A stretch of 32,000 bases of DNA from Cylindrospermopsis raciborskii Cr2010. Its GTDB lineage: Bacteria; Cyanobacteriota; Cyanobacteriia; Cyanobacteriales; Nostocaceae. Of this stretch, positions 1 to 9,228 are shown in pieces; position 1 is the first letter of the stretch; every line of letters begins with the position of its first letter. A program made the position numbers and the translations under genes. The stretch lies in the NCBI RefSeq assembly GCF_003367075.2, contig NZ_CP065936.1, positions 990,001 to 1,022,000 of the forward strand, given 5' to 3'. The notes under the pieces are model-generated. The model ran no database searches. It saw only the letters and a program-made list of their open reading frames with translations, and was not told where the DNA came from.

Positions 1-162
1 GATCCCTAGATGATAATTTTTGTTCTGTCCCGTTCATGGCCTGATTATAGGAGTAGTTGCGGTAGTCGGAAGTCCCTGATGGGGTGAAAACTGTTATGGT
101 ATCACAGTTATATCCGCTCAACCACTTAAACTACCAGAAATTTGCAGAAAATTCATCAATTC

Positions 163-1050
163 TTAGCACTTCATGGCTTTTACCAGCAACTGGGGAATTT
201 GCTGAGGATATTGGGCAACAGGTATTTGGGCATTACTAAAGGTGCTTAACTTAGTAGAAACACTGCCAAAATCAGGATCACGTTTGACCACAGTGGCAAA
301 GTTGCCTGATTGGTGCCAGGATTTAGAAGGTGGTGCATGTCTACCAGCAATATAAGCAACAACTGGCTTATCAATAGCTGTGGATATGTATTTGGCAGCT
401 ACCTCCTCACTTTCACCTCCCGGTTGACCAACTAAAACTATTGCTTCCGTATTTTCATCCTCATCTAGAATTTGTAACCATTGAGAAAAGGAAGAACCTA
501 CAATTGCATCACTACCAATACTCACGCTAATAGACTGACCCAAACCAGCTTTAGTTAGTTCCCAAGCTACCTCGTAGGTAAGGGTACTGCTGCGACTGAC
601 AATACCTACATTGCCAGGAGTATAAAATTCACTAGGCTGAGTACCCAGGAGAATCTTCCCTGGCACAATAATCCCCGGACTATTAGGCCCCACAATTAGG
701 ATTTCGTGGTTTTCTGTTTTCCTCAGCAATGTCACCATATCCAGAGGTGGCACCCCCGGGGAGATAATAATGATCTGGGAAATGTTAGCAGCGATCGCCT
801 CTAGTGCAGCATCTAACACTTGATAGGGATGTACACTAATAATTGTTGTATCAATTGTCCCGAAACTTGATACCACCTCTTCCACTAAATCAAAAACTGG
901 CAAATTGTGTGCCATTATGCCACCATGACCGGGATCAACGCCAGCGACCAAATTAGTGCCATAGTATGATTTCATTTGGTCAATATGGGTTGTGGATATC
1001 AACTCCGAAAAACCTTGAATTAAAACTTTACTATCTGGCTTTAAGTTCAT
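163..1050 (-). CDS. sucD: Succinate--CoA ligase alpha-subunit-like protein (CoA-binding/ligase-CoA domains)
   Basis: The 295-aa ORF has SucD-like blocks (VLIQGF, GTNLVAGVDPGHGG, GPNSPGII, GIVSRSSTLTYE, KPVVAYIAG). It sits directly downstream of a sucC-like ORF on the same strand. The phosphohistidine loop is divergent (SWHQSG instead of MGHAGA). Confidence 0.7.
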   Translation of the reverse strand: MNLKPDSKVLIQGFSELISTTHIDQMKSYYGTNLVAGVDPGHGGIMAHNLPVFDLVEEVVSSFGTIDTTIISVHPYQVLDAALEAIAANISQIIIISPGVPPLDMVTLLRKTENHEILIVGPNSPGIIVPGKILLGTQPSEFYTPGNVGIVSRSSTLTYEVAWELTKAGLGQSISVSIGSDAIVGSSFSQWLQILDEDENTEAIVLVGQPGGESEEVAAKYISTAIDKPVVAYIAGRHAPPSKSWHQSGNFATVVKRDPDFGSVSTKLSTFSNAQIPVAQYPQQIPQLLVKAMKC

Positions 1051-1098
1051 AAACTCCTTATTAAACTTAGAAAATTTCTTTAAAGAAAGTTAGTACAG

Positions 1099-2313
1099 CT
1101 ATTTTCTATACACTTGTGATTTGGTTAAACTTACTGCTTCCTTAACAGCTACATCCAAATTTTCAACCAAGATGAAATTTTCGCTTTGAACTTGTAGGAT
1201 GGACAGTAATGACTTCCTGGCCACTTGAAAATCATTACCAGCTAGGCGCATGACTATTTTGGGTAAGCGCTGGGGGAGGGTTTTCTGAGGAGTATTTAAA
1301 AAGCATCTAAGTTCTTCCAATTGTAATGCCATAAAATCAGTCATCACTCTTGGTACTTCCGAGAGTTCAGGAATAGTACCCAGCAAATTAATGAGAATCA
1401 CCTGAATATTGCGATCAGCAGCCAAAACCCTTAGTCCAGTTTCCATGCGTTGACTAAATTTTGTCGGTTCTGTGTGGTTCAACCAAGAATGTCGTAAATT
1501 TAAGGAGACAGCAGGTTTACCTCCTGCAGCTACCACTGCATCCCAAGTGGTTAAAGCGGAACCAGTACCGTTGGCTAATATGCCAATTTCCCCTTGGTTA
1601 TTCCTACCCAGCATATCAACCAACATGCCATTTATTCTTTTGCTCCCGGGATCCCGTGCTATTTTACTTGCTATGTCAGCTATGTCTGGATGACGATTAA
1701 TAGCCCTTTCATTAACTCTAATTTTGCCATTAAGTGTCATTACTTGACAAGACGAACTTACGCCAAGAGGATTAATTTCCACTAAATCTAAGTCTTTGTG
1801 CAAAAACAAATGATACATTTTTGTCACAATGTCGCTGACGGACTGCATTAGTCCGCCCCTCAAACCCATGAGATATGCTAGTCTTCTGGCATAAAATGGG
1901 GAAAACTCTTGTTCCACAACCACGTATTGCATGTTCTCTCCGGGAGACTGCCAATCTATGTATCTACAGCCTAAAAGTACAGGACGACTAATAACTGTAT
2001 CTAAAACTACTGCTAGGTAGAATTCTTCTTGAGCATTATACTTGCTCTCCGCTAATAAAACTTTTGGTAGTTCTCCACCAATGGGCAAGCTAAATATACT
2101 TTGAGCAGCTGCAATGGCATCAATGGTCGTTTCTACAATTTTGACTCCGCCAACCTGTGAGCGATCGTTGGCATACACCTGGGATTTCAGCACAATTGGG
2201 TAGGGGATTTTTAACTTTTTTAAATCTGTGGGGTGGTCAATTCTTTGAGATGGTAATACGGGAATTCCTATCTTGTTAAACCACTCCTTAACTTGATACT
2301 CGAGTAAGTCCAT
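1099..2313 (-). CDS. sucC: Succinate--CoA ligase beta-subunit-like ATP-grasp protein
   Basis: The N-terminus MDLLEYQVKEWF...IPVLPSQ...LKSQV is typical of cyanobacterial SucC. It also has ATP-grasp-like LVEINPL and a later NGTGSA block. It is paired with the sucD-like gene. Several glycine-rich motifs are eroded. Confidence 0.7.
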   Translation of the reverse strand: MDLLEYQVKEWFNKIGIPVLPSQRIDHPTDLKKLKIPYPIVLKSQVYANDRSQVGGVKIVETTIDAIAAAQSIFSLPIGGELPKVLLAESKYNAQEEFYLAVVLDTVISRPVLLGCRYIDWQSPGENMQYVVVEQEFSPFYARRLAYLMGLRGGLMQSVSDIVTKMYHLFLHKDLDLVEINPLGVSSSCQVMTLNGKIRVNERAINRHPDIADIASKIARDPGSKRINGMLVDMLGRNNQGEIGILANGTGSALTTWDAVVAAGGKPAVSLNLRHSWLNHTEPTKFSQRMETGLRVLAADRNIQVILINLLGTIPELSEVPRVMTDFMALQLEELRCFLNTPQKTLPQRLPKIVMRLAGNDFQVARKSLLSILQVQSENFILVENLDVAVKEAVSLTKSQVYRK

Positions 2314-2473
2314 TATATATACCTTTTTGCGTTAAAAATTAATTTTATTTGATTAACGGATATAGATGTTTTTCCGAGTTCTACCATTCTAGGAGAAATA
2401 CTACAAAGGTTTCAACTACTGGGTAAGAGTAAAATTATTTACCACGTATTCGATTAGCTGTTCTAAGCTTTCC
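2083..2473. repeat. Copy A of a ~390-bp direct repeat (sucC 5' end + sucC-cysC spacer + cysC 3' end); copy B is at 21196-21585
   Basis: By manual alignment the two copies differ by 10 substitutions and one 1-nt indel. Confidence 0.9.
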
Positions 2474-3015
2474 TCGACAGAAAGTTGAGAAGTTTCTACC
2501 CGTAAATCTGGCGCTTTGGGTGGTTCGTAGGGGGCGCTGATTCCCGTAAAGGACTCAATTTCTCCACAGCGTGCTTTTGCATAGAGTCCCTTGGGGTCAC
2601 GTTGTTCACAAATTTCCAGTGGAGTTGCAATATATACTTCATGAAATAGATCTCCGGACAGAATCCGGATTTGCTCCCGGTCTTTCCTGTAAGGTGAAAT
2701 GAAAGCAGTAATGACTAGACAACCTGACTCCGCAAAGAGTTTGGCCACCTGGCCAACGCGACGCATGTTTTCTGCGCGATCAGCAGCAGAAAATCCTAGG
2801 TCAGCACATAATCCATGACGCATATTGTCACCATCAAGGACAAAAGTATACCAGCCCTTTTGGAACAAAATCCGCTCTAATTCGAAAGCTAGAGTTGTTT
2901 TACCTGATCCTGATAGTCCAGTAAACCATAGAATCCCATTTCGGTGACCATTCTTTAAACAACGATCAAATGGGGACACAAGATGTTCTGTATGTTGAAT
3001 ATTCGTTGATTTCAT
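2416..3015 (-). CDS. cysC: Adenylyl-sulfate (APS) kinase
   Basis: The 199-aa ORF has the P-loop GLSGSGKTT, DGDNMRHGL, the FISPY motif and PYEPP. This is the classic CysC layout. Confidence 0.9.
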   Translation of the reverse strand: MKSTNIQHTEHLVSPFDRCLKNGHRNGILWFTGLSGSGKTTLAFELERILFQKGWYTFVLDGDNMRHGLCADLGFSAADRAENMRRVGQVAKLFAESGCLVITAFISPYRKDREQIRILSGDLFHEVYIATPLEICEQRDPKGLYAKARCGEIESFTGISAPYEPPKAPDLRVETSQLSVEESLEQLIEYVVNNFTLTQ

Positions 3016-3213
3016 AATCCATGATAAATATGAGTGAAACAGAACTGCTTAATAGCTTTTTCCATAACCGTTATGATAGGATTGATGGGCAAAAGTGACG
3101 GGTGAGTAGGCGTTTTGGGGCTATATCTGGCTCCGCGAGCTCATTTTATTCCATTTTTGCACCTGTTTTATGGAGAACTAATTTTAAAGAAATGTAAACT
3201 AACCGCGATCATA

Positions 3214-3366
3214 GCTTGACTTACTCAACAAAGTTTGATAAATTATTTGTGTACCATGTAAGTAACTGTAACGTAACACATATAACATAATAAAGTCAAC
3301 AATGATGTACTGAGCTTTGACGGTCTACATAATCTCAGTTCGTACAAACCAGACCCGCCTACCCAA
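3214..3366 (+). repeat. Left copy of a promoter/5'-leader module; the right copy (22743-22846) precedes the UPF0175 gene
   Basis: It shares GCTTGACTTACTCAACAAAGTT.GATAAATTA and a second block ...CTGAGC.TTGA...CAGTTCGTA.AAACCAGAC.CGCC.ACC with the right copy. The left copy carries an extra ~55-nt insert (3247-3301). No UPF0175 ORF follows it. Confidence 0.8.
3216..3244 (+). promoter_or_regulatory. Sigma70-like promoter candidate (TTGACT-17 nt-TAAATT)
   Basis: The -35 TTGACT is at 3216-3221. A 17-nt spacer follows, then the -10 TAAATT at 3239-3244. Identical geometry occurs at 22745-22773. Confidence 0.4.
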
Positions 3367-3504
3367 GGTAGCTACAAGGGTCGAATGGTGAGGATTTCTC
3401 TGTCTCAATTTCAGGGTTTCAAACGCCAACTCATTCCCCAAATATAGAACCCCAGGCATTGCTGAATTATGGGATGATTTACCCAAATTTTCAACCATTT
3501 TTTA

Positions 3505-4449
3505 ATGGTTTCGGACACTATTTTATCCCGCAAATATGCAACGCCAATTTTTGCGTTCAAAAAAAAATATATGCTAAGCTTTTCCATTGTTATTCCTACC
3601 TATAATCGTCATGAAAAATTAAAAAATTGTTTGGACTCCCTAGCTGGTCTGCACTACCCAAATCATCAATTTGAAGTTATTATTGTTGACGACGGAAGTT
3701 ACAACTCTTTAGATAGTTTTGTTCAAACCTATCAAGCTCAACTAAATCTTACCCTAATTTGTCAACAAAACTCAGGACCTGCTAAAGCTAGGAATACGGG
3801 TGCTAATGTAGCAAAAGGTCAATACTTAGCATTTACTGATGATGACTGTACTCCCGATCCTAATTGGCTCTATACCCTAGAAAACGCCTTCTCTCAGTTC
3901 CCGATTGCCCTTTTAGGGGGAAAAACAATCAACGGCTTGCCAAAAAATTCTTATTCTACAGCTAGTCAATTACTTATTGATTATATTTATGAGTATTACA
4001 ATATAGATTCTGCGCAACCTAAATTTTTCGCTTCTAATAATTTTGCTGTTGCTAGGGACTTATTTAACCAACTGGGTCAATTTGATATTACTTTTCCTTC
4101 AGCAGCTGGAGAAGACAGGGAATTTTGCGATCGCTGGCTATTTCATGGATATTCTTTACATTATGTTCCTCAGGCAATGGTCTACCATTTCCATGATCTA
4201 AATTTACCGAAATTTTGGCGACAACATTTTAATTATGGCTGTGGTGCATTTTATTATCATCAAATTCGGTCTCAGCGTAATCAAGTATCCATAAAGGTTG
4301 AGCCATTGCACTTTTACTGGCGGTTATTACTTTATCCATTCGGGAAAAAATATCATTACCTGTCCAAAATATTTCTTTCTGGTTTATTATTTATCTCACA
4401 ATTAGCTAACATTTGCGGGTTTTTTAAAACCAAATTGGAAAATATTTAG
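3505..4449 (+). CDS. Family 2 glycosyltransferase (GT-A fold)
   Basis: Motifs are FSIVIPTYNR, VIIVDDGS, GPAKARNTG and FTDDDC (DxD). The true start is probably the internal ATG at 3571 (MLSFSIVIPTYN). Confidence 0.8.
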   Translation: MVSDTILSRKYATPIFAFKKKYMLSFSIVIPTYNRHEKLKNCLDSLAGLHYPNHQFEVIIVDDGSYNSLDSFVQTYQAQLNLTLICQQNSGPAKARNTGANVAKGQYLAFTDDDCTPDPNWLYTLENAFSQFPIALLGGKTINGLPKNSYSTASQLLIDYIYEYYNIDSAQPKFFASNNFAVARDLFNQLGQFDITFPSAAGEDREFCDRWLFHGYSLHYVPQAMVYHFHDLNLPKFWRQHFNYGCGAFYYHQIRSQRNQVSIKVEPLHFYWRLLLYPFGKKYHYLSKIFLSGLLFISQLANICGFFKTKLENI

Positions 4450-4559
4450 TTTACCATCACTAAAAAAAATTTTATGAAAATAGAGCGAAGAGAATTTTTA
4501 CAAAGCGTAGGGTTGGCATTAGAATTTTTTACTAAAAACGATTTTCTGTCGGTGAATTC

Positions 4560-5744
4560 ATGAAAATTTTGCTAATTACTGATTATGCCACACCAACAGG
4601 GGGGGCAGAAATATTGACCATCGCACTAAGAGATGGATTGCGATCGCGCGGTCACGATGCCCGTCTACTTGCTAGTTCTGCTCGTCCTCTGAATGCCCAA
4701 AGCCAAGCAGATTACCATTGTTTTGGCACAACATCTAGTTTTCGTACCTTATTGCAAACAGCTAACTTTTGGGCTTTTAGGAAGTTAAAACAAATCCTGG
4801 CTGAATTTCAGCCTGATGTGGTTCACGTAACACTATTTTTAACTCAACTTTCACCGTTAATACTACCTTTACTCCAAAATATCCCCAGTCTTTACTATGC
4901 AGTTTGGTATCGGTCTATTTGTCCCACTGGTACTAAAATCCTACCTAATGGAACAGCTTGCCAAGTAAAAATGGGTATGGCTTGTTATCAGAATCATTGC
5001 TTACCTTTATGGGATTGGTTGCCATTAATGCTTCAAATGAAATTGTGGCAACGTTGGTGTAATGCCTTCGACTTATTTATAGCCCCTAGTCAAGCTGTAA
5101 AAGAACATTTAATGAAGGCAGGAATTAAATCCGTTGAGATAGTTTGGCATGGCACACCAATTCAACCCCAACGTCCCCCCCTGAGATCACCACCAACAGT
5201 AGCATTTGCCGGACGACTAGTCAAAGAAAAGGGTGCAGAGGTATTGTTAAAAGCTTTTGCTTTGGTAGTGCATCAAATACCAGAAGCAAAGTTATTGCTG
5301 GTGGGAGATGGATCTGAAAGAGAAGCTTTAAAACAAAAAATCAATGACTTAAATATTACCGCTAATGTTTTTATGCCTGGATTAGTGTCACGACTGGAAA
5401 CAGAGAAATTATTCTCTACCGCGTGGGTACAGGTAGTTCCATCTCTGTGGCCGGAACCCTTTGGTACAGTTGTGATTGAAGCTATGATGCGTGGAACCGC
5501 AGTAGTAGTCAGTGCATCTGGTGGTCTGCCTGAGATTGTTAAAAATAATGATACTGGCTTAGTAGTACCATCTAAAAACTATAAAGCATTAGCTGCTGCG
5601 TTGTTGCAGATACTACACAATCGGGAATGGGCAGAACGGATGGGTAAAAGAGCAAGAGAAGTCGCTAAAACTCAGTATAGTCATGATATTTACGTAGATA
5701 GATTTTTAGAAAAATACCAAAAGATATGTTGTATGCGATACTGA
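4560..5744 (+). CDS. Family 4 (GT-B, retaining) glycosyltransferase
   Basis: N-terminus is MKILLITDY...GGAE. The C-terminal EX7E region reads PSLWPEPFGTVVIEAMMRGTAVVVSASGGLPEIV. Confidence 0.85.
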   Translation: MKILLITDYATPTGGAEILTIALRDGLRSRGHDARLLASSARPLNAQSQADYHCFGTTSSFRTLLQTANFWAFRKLKQILAEFQPDVVHVTLFLTQLSPLILPLLQNIPSLYYAVWYRSICPTGTKILPNGTACQVKMGMACYQNHCLPLWDWLPLMLQMKLWQRWCNAFDLFIAPSQAVKEHLMKAGIKSVEIVWHGTPIQPQRPPLRSPPTVAFAGRLVKEKGAEVLLKAFALVVHQIPEAKLLLVGDGSEREALKQKINDLNITANVFMPGLVSRLETEKLFSTAWVQVVPSLWPEPFGTVVIEAMMRGTAVVVSASGGLPEIVKNNDTGLVVPSKNYKALAAALLQILHNREWAERMGKRAREVAKTQYSHDIYVDRFLEKYQKICCMRY

Positions 5745-5772
5745 AATTTTCTATATATATAAATATAAAAAC

Positions 5773-6780
5773 ATGAATTTGTTCACAGAGCTATCAATTT
5801 CGGTGATCATTCCTGTTCACAATGGTGGTGACAGTTTCCGCCAGTGTTTGTCAAGTATTAGCATATCCCAAATTCGTCCCAGAGAAGTTATTGTAGTGGC
5901 TGATGGCGATGCAGATAATTCTTGGCAAGTAGCAACAGACTGGGGTGCTAAAGTTATGAGAGTCAAGGAAAAGAGTGGACCTGCACAAGCGAGAAATTTA
6001 GGGGCAAATGCAGCTCAAGGAGATATCCTGTTTTTTGTGGATGCTGATGTAGCCATAGCTCCAGACACAATCAATCGGGTCAAATTTACCTTTGAAGAAG
6101 ATGTAAATCTAGCAGCATTGATTGGTTCCTATGATGATGCTCCAGGAGCAAGTAATTTTCTTTCTCAATACAAAAACCTTTTTCACCACTATACCCATCA
6201 AAATGCCAATGAGGATGCTTTCACTTTTTGGGGAGCTTGCGGTGCGATTCGCCGTGATGTCTTTTTGGCTATAGGTGGTTTTGATGAAGGTTATCGTCGT
6301 CCTTGTGTGGAAGATATTGAGTTAGGTTATCGTTTAAAAGCAGCAGGGTACAAAATTAAACTAGTTAAGTCATTGCAAGTAAAACACTTGAAACGGTGGG
6401 AAATTATATCTTTAATTAAAGCGGATGTGTGCGATCGCGCTTTACCCTGGACTCAATTGATACTCCGCCAGGGGAAAATGCCTTCCGATCTGAATCTTGG
6501 TTGGTCAAGTCGGCTAAGTGTAGTTCTAGTTTACTTGTTTCTATTGAGTTTAGTTGCTTGTTGGTGGCAGTGGGAACTATTTATTTTTGCTGCCGTTATA
6601 TGTATAGTACTAGTAAGTGTTAATGCGGCAGCTTACCGCTTTTTCGTTGAAAAGCGAGGTGTTTTATTTACGTTTGGCGTGTTATTTTGGCATTGGTTGT
6701 ACTATTTTTACAGTGGTTTAGCCTTTGTAGTGGGTATATTTTTGTTAAAATTCTCCAAAAATACTGGATGGAAAACTTGA
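5773..6780 (+). CDS. Family 2 glycosyltransferase with a C-terminal multi-helix membrane anchor
   Basis: Motifs are ISVIIPVHNGG, VADGDADNS, GPAQARNLG, FVDADV (DxD), VEDIELGYRL and HLKRW (Q/RxxRW-like). The hydrophobic tail is LSVVLVYLFLLSLVACWW...VVGIFLL. Confidence 0.8.
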   Translation: MNLFTELSISVIIPVHNGGDSFRQCLSSISISQIRPREVIVVADGDADNSWQVATDWGAKVMRVKEKSGPAQARNLGANAAQGDILFFVDADVAIAPDTINRVKFTFEEDVNLAALIGSYDDAPGASNFLSQYKNLFHHYTHQNANEDAFTFWGACGAIRRDVFLAIGGFDEGYRRPCVEDIELGYRLKAAGYKIKLVKSLQVKHLKRWEIISLIKADVCDRALPWTQLILRQGKMPSDLNLGWSSRLSVVLVYLFLLSLVACWWQWELFIFAAVICIVLVSVNAAAYRFFVEKRGVLFTFGVLFWHWLYYFYSGLAFVVGIFLLKFSKNTGWKT

Positions 6781-6923
6781 ATTGTCACGGGACAAAAGCT
6801 GTTCGTCATCTAAATTTCTCATATAGTCTACACCTGTAAACGATTACAGCCACTAAAAAGTGCAGTTTAAATGCACGACAGCTTACTCAACAAATTTATA
6901 AAAGTTACGGAGAAGAATTTGTT

Positions 6924-8375
6924 TTGCTACAAGCTAATCAAAAGAAGGTGTTAATTATCGGTGCTGGACCTGCTGGATTAACAACAGCTTACCATCTGGT
7001 TCATCAGGGGGTTTATCCAATTATACTGGAACAAACTAATAAAGTTGGGGGTATTTCCCGTACGGAAACATATAAGGGATATCACATTGATATTGGCGGT
7101 CATAGGTTCTACACTAAAGTTGAAGAAATTCAGCAAATTTGGGTAGAGATATTGGGTAACAACTTTCAAAAAGTTGATAGACTATCGCGCATTTACTACA
7201 ATGGCAAATTCTTTAACTATCCCTTAGAAGTAACTGACGCTTTATCAAACCTAGGATTCATTAAAAGTTTCCTAGTATTACTTAGTTACTTACAAGCTAA
7301 AATCAAACCTGATCCGGTAGAAGAAAATTTTGAACAGTGGGTGTGTAACCGCTTTGGTAAAAGGTTATATGAAACTTTTTTTAAAAGTTATACTGAAAAA
7401 GTTTGGGGTATTCCCTGTACAAAAATTAGAGCAGATTGGGCGGCACAAAGGATTCAAGGAATGTCATTAACAACAACAATTATTAATAGTTTGAAAAAAA
7501 CACAACAAATTAAATCCTTAATTAAGGAATTTTACTATCCAGAATTAGGACCGGGGATGATGTGGGAAAAATGCCAAGAAATAATCTCCAATAAAGGGGG
7601 AACGACTTATTTTTCTACGGTAGTACATCAGGTTTACCACCGAGATCATCGGATTAAAAAAATTACTGTACAACAGGAAAATAAAACTTTTGATTTAGAA
7701 GCTGACCAGTTTGTTTCTAGTATGCCACTAACTGGTTTAATATTAGCGTTAGATCCACCAGCACCAAAAGCAGTTTTGCAAGCAGCAGGCAATTTGAAGT
7801 ATCGAGATTTTTTGATTGTGGCTTTAATAATTAATGAGGTTGATTTATTTCCTGATAACTGGATTTATGTTCATAGTCCAGCGTTTTGTGTAGGAAGGAT
7901 ACAAAATTTCAAAAATTGGAGTCTGGCGATGGTTCCAGATAGAAGTAAAACCTGTGTAGGGATGGAATATTTTTGTAATCAAGGCGATCAACTTTGGTCA
8001 ATGTCAGATAGTGAATTAATTGATTTTGCCAGTAGAGAAATTGTAGGTTTATCTCTATTACAAAATATAAATAAAATCGAAGATGGGACGGTAATTAGAC
8101 AATTAAAAGCCTATCCTGTTTACGATGAGGAATATAGACACAATTTACAGGTCATTCAAGACTATTTAAAAACTTTTAATAATCTCCAAAGTATTGGACG
8201 TAATGGGATGCACCGTTATAATAATCAAGACCATTCCATGTTAACAGGACTATTAGCCGCGAAAAATATTTTAGGAGAGAATCACGACTTATGGGATGTG
8301 AACACAGAACGTTCCTATTATGAGGATATGAAGAGTTCACAAAAAACTAGACCCTGGACTAATCTCAACTCCTGA
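6924..8375 (+). CDS. NAD(P)/FAD-dependent oxidoreductase (amine-oxidase / UDP-galactopyranose-mutase-like Rossmann fold)
   Basis: It has a TTG start with a GGAGAAG RBS 9-15 nt upstream. The dinucleotide fingerprint is VLIIGAGPAGLTTAYHL...LEQTNKVGG. The C-terminal block is GRNGMHRYNNQDHSM. Confidence 0.7.
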   Translation: MLQANQKKVLIIGAGPAGLTTAYHLVHQGVYPIILEQTNKVGGISRTETYKGYHIDIGGHRFYTKVEEIQQIWVEILGNNFQKVDRLSRIYYNGKFFNYPLEVTDALSNLGFIKSFLVLLSYLQAKIKPDPVEENFEQWVCNRFGKRLYETFFKSYTEKVWGIPCTKIRADWAAQRIQGMSLTTTIINSLKKTQQIKSLIKEFYYPELGPGMMWEKCQEIISNKGGTTYFSTVVHQVYHRDHRIKKITVQQENKTFDLEADQFVSSMPLTGLILALDPPAPKAVLQAAGNLKYRDFLIVALIINEVDLFPDNWIYVHSPAFCVGRIQNFKNWSLAMVPDRSKTCVGMEYFCNQGDQLWSMSDSELIDFASREIVGLSLLQNINKIEDGTVIRQLKAYPVYDEEYRHNLQVIQDYLKTFNNLQSIGRNGMHRYNNQDHSMLTGLLAAKNILGENHDLWDVNTERSYYEDMKSSQKTRPWTNLNS

Positions 8376-8448
8376 TTGAACACAGCCTTAACCTGGTGCG
8401 TCAGTTATGTGATATTATTACTGCTCTGTTTGGTAGGTAACCTAGTAT

Positions 8449-9228
8449 ATGAAGTATGAAAAAATCAGTATCACGTTTCGTCTGAGCTGGGAACTTTTTG
8501 TTCGTAATATGGTGGCTCGCCACCGCAATAGTCAATTGGGCTATCTATGGTTGATTTTGTCGCCTCTGGTATTAGCTGGTACATGGATTTTCTTGAAACG
8601 TAGCGGGAATTTCCACATTCCAGAGACCAATATTCCCTACGGGCCCTATGTAGTCACAGGGGTGTTTCTCTGGCAGGGGTTTTCCCGACAACTTAATAGC
8701 TCCCTATCCCATCTTTCTGCCTTTCGGCACCTATTTAGTAAATATCACTTCCCATGGGAGGCAATCGTCCTGGCGGGTTGGGCTGAAGCCGTCGTTGAGT
8801 TTGCCCTCAGCATGGGTGTTCTCTTGGTGGTGCTGAGGCTGATTGGTTTTGGCACCCTCTCGACCATCCTATTCTCGCTACCTCTGATGGCAAGCCTACT
8901 GTTGTTAGGTGGTGGGGTGGGCCTACTACTAGCCCCCATCGGATTACTTTATGAGGATATTGGACAAGGCACCAATTTATGCCTGCAACTGATGTTTTTC
9001 CTAATTCCCATTGTTTATCCCATGCCCACGGAGGGAATAGGCAAGCTAGTGGTGGAGTGGAACCCTGTGGCTGTGTTACTGGTTGCTGCCCGCGAGACTC
9101 TTTTGATAGGCCGGGTTTCCATGTCCTTCCAGACCATCCTGGCCAGTTTGATATCTACGGGGGTGGCCATTCTGGCTTTAGTCTTTTTGAGGCTGGCCCG
9201 TCCCCATCTCGCCGTGAGGGCTGGCTGA
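8449..9228 (+). CDS. ABC-2 type polysaccharide/glycolipid exporter permease (Wzm/TagG-like)
   Basis: The 259-aa ORF has six predicted hydrophobic helices. The N-terminus (RHRNSQLGYLWLILSPL) is typical of ABC-2 permeases. Its stop overlaps the start of the ATPase (cTGATGg at 9226-9230). Confidence 0.8.
   Translation: MKYEKISITFRLSWELFVRNMVARHRNSQLGYLWLILSPLVLAGTWIFLKRSGNFHIPETNIPYGPYVVTGVFLWQGFSRQLNSSLSHLSAFRHLFSKYHFPWEAIVLAGWAEAVVEFALSMGVLLVVLRLIGFGTLSTILFSLPLMASLLLLGGGVGLLLAPIGLLYEDIGQGTNLCLQLMFFLIPIVYPMPTEGIGKLVVEWNPVAVLLVAARETLLIGRVSMSFQTILASLISTGVAILALVFLRLARPHLAVRAG

Noticed and set aside
98-118. AACTGT...ACAGTT inverted repeat downstream of sucD as a terminator
   Set aside because: It has only a 6-bp AT-rich stem with a weak T-run on the relevant strand. 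It is too weak to call.
1461-1954. Short ORFs antisense to or overlapping sucC (1461..1700, 1472..1693, 1594..1785, 1772..1954). The same kind of ORF occurs at 6429, 6978, 8745, 10240, 10319, 11895, 11912, 12629, 13413, 13868, 16140, 18426, 19263, 20550, 21726, 21736, 22265, 25220, 27104, 28280, 28814, 29830 and 30203.
   Set aside because: All are nested within longer ORFs that have clear family motifs. They have low-complexity or biased composition and lack RBS or start context. They are typical shadow ORFs.
2416-8375. cysC adjacency as evidence for a sulfated polysaccharide locus
   Set aside because: I could not recognise a sulfotransferase in the window. The adjacency is better explained by the island having inserted next to a housekeeping cysC.
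8979-9227. 5' extension of the Wzt-like ORF (ORF track start 8979, adding 83 aa)
   Set aside because: The extension lies entirely inside the permease gene in another frame. It has no ABC ATPase-like sequence and is Pro/Gly/Cys-rich. ATG 9228 gives a canonical N-terminus and a TGATG coupling junction.
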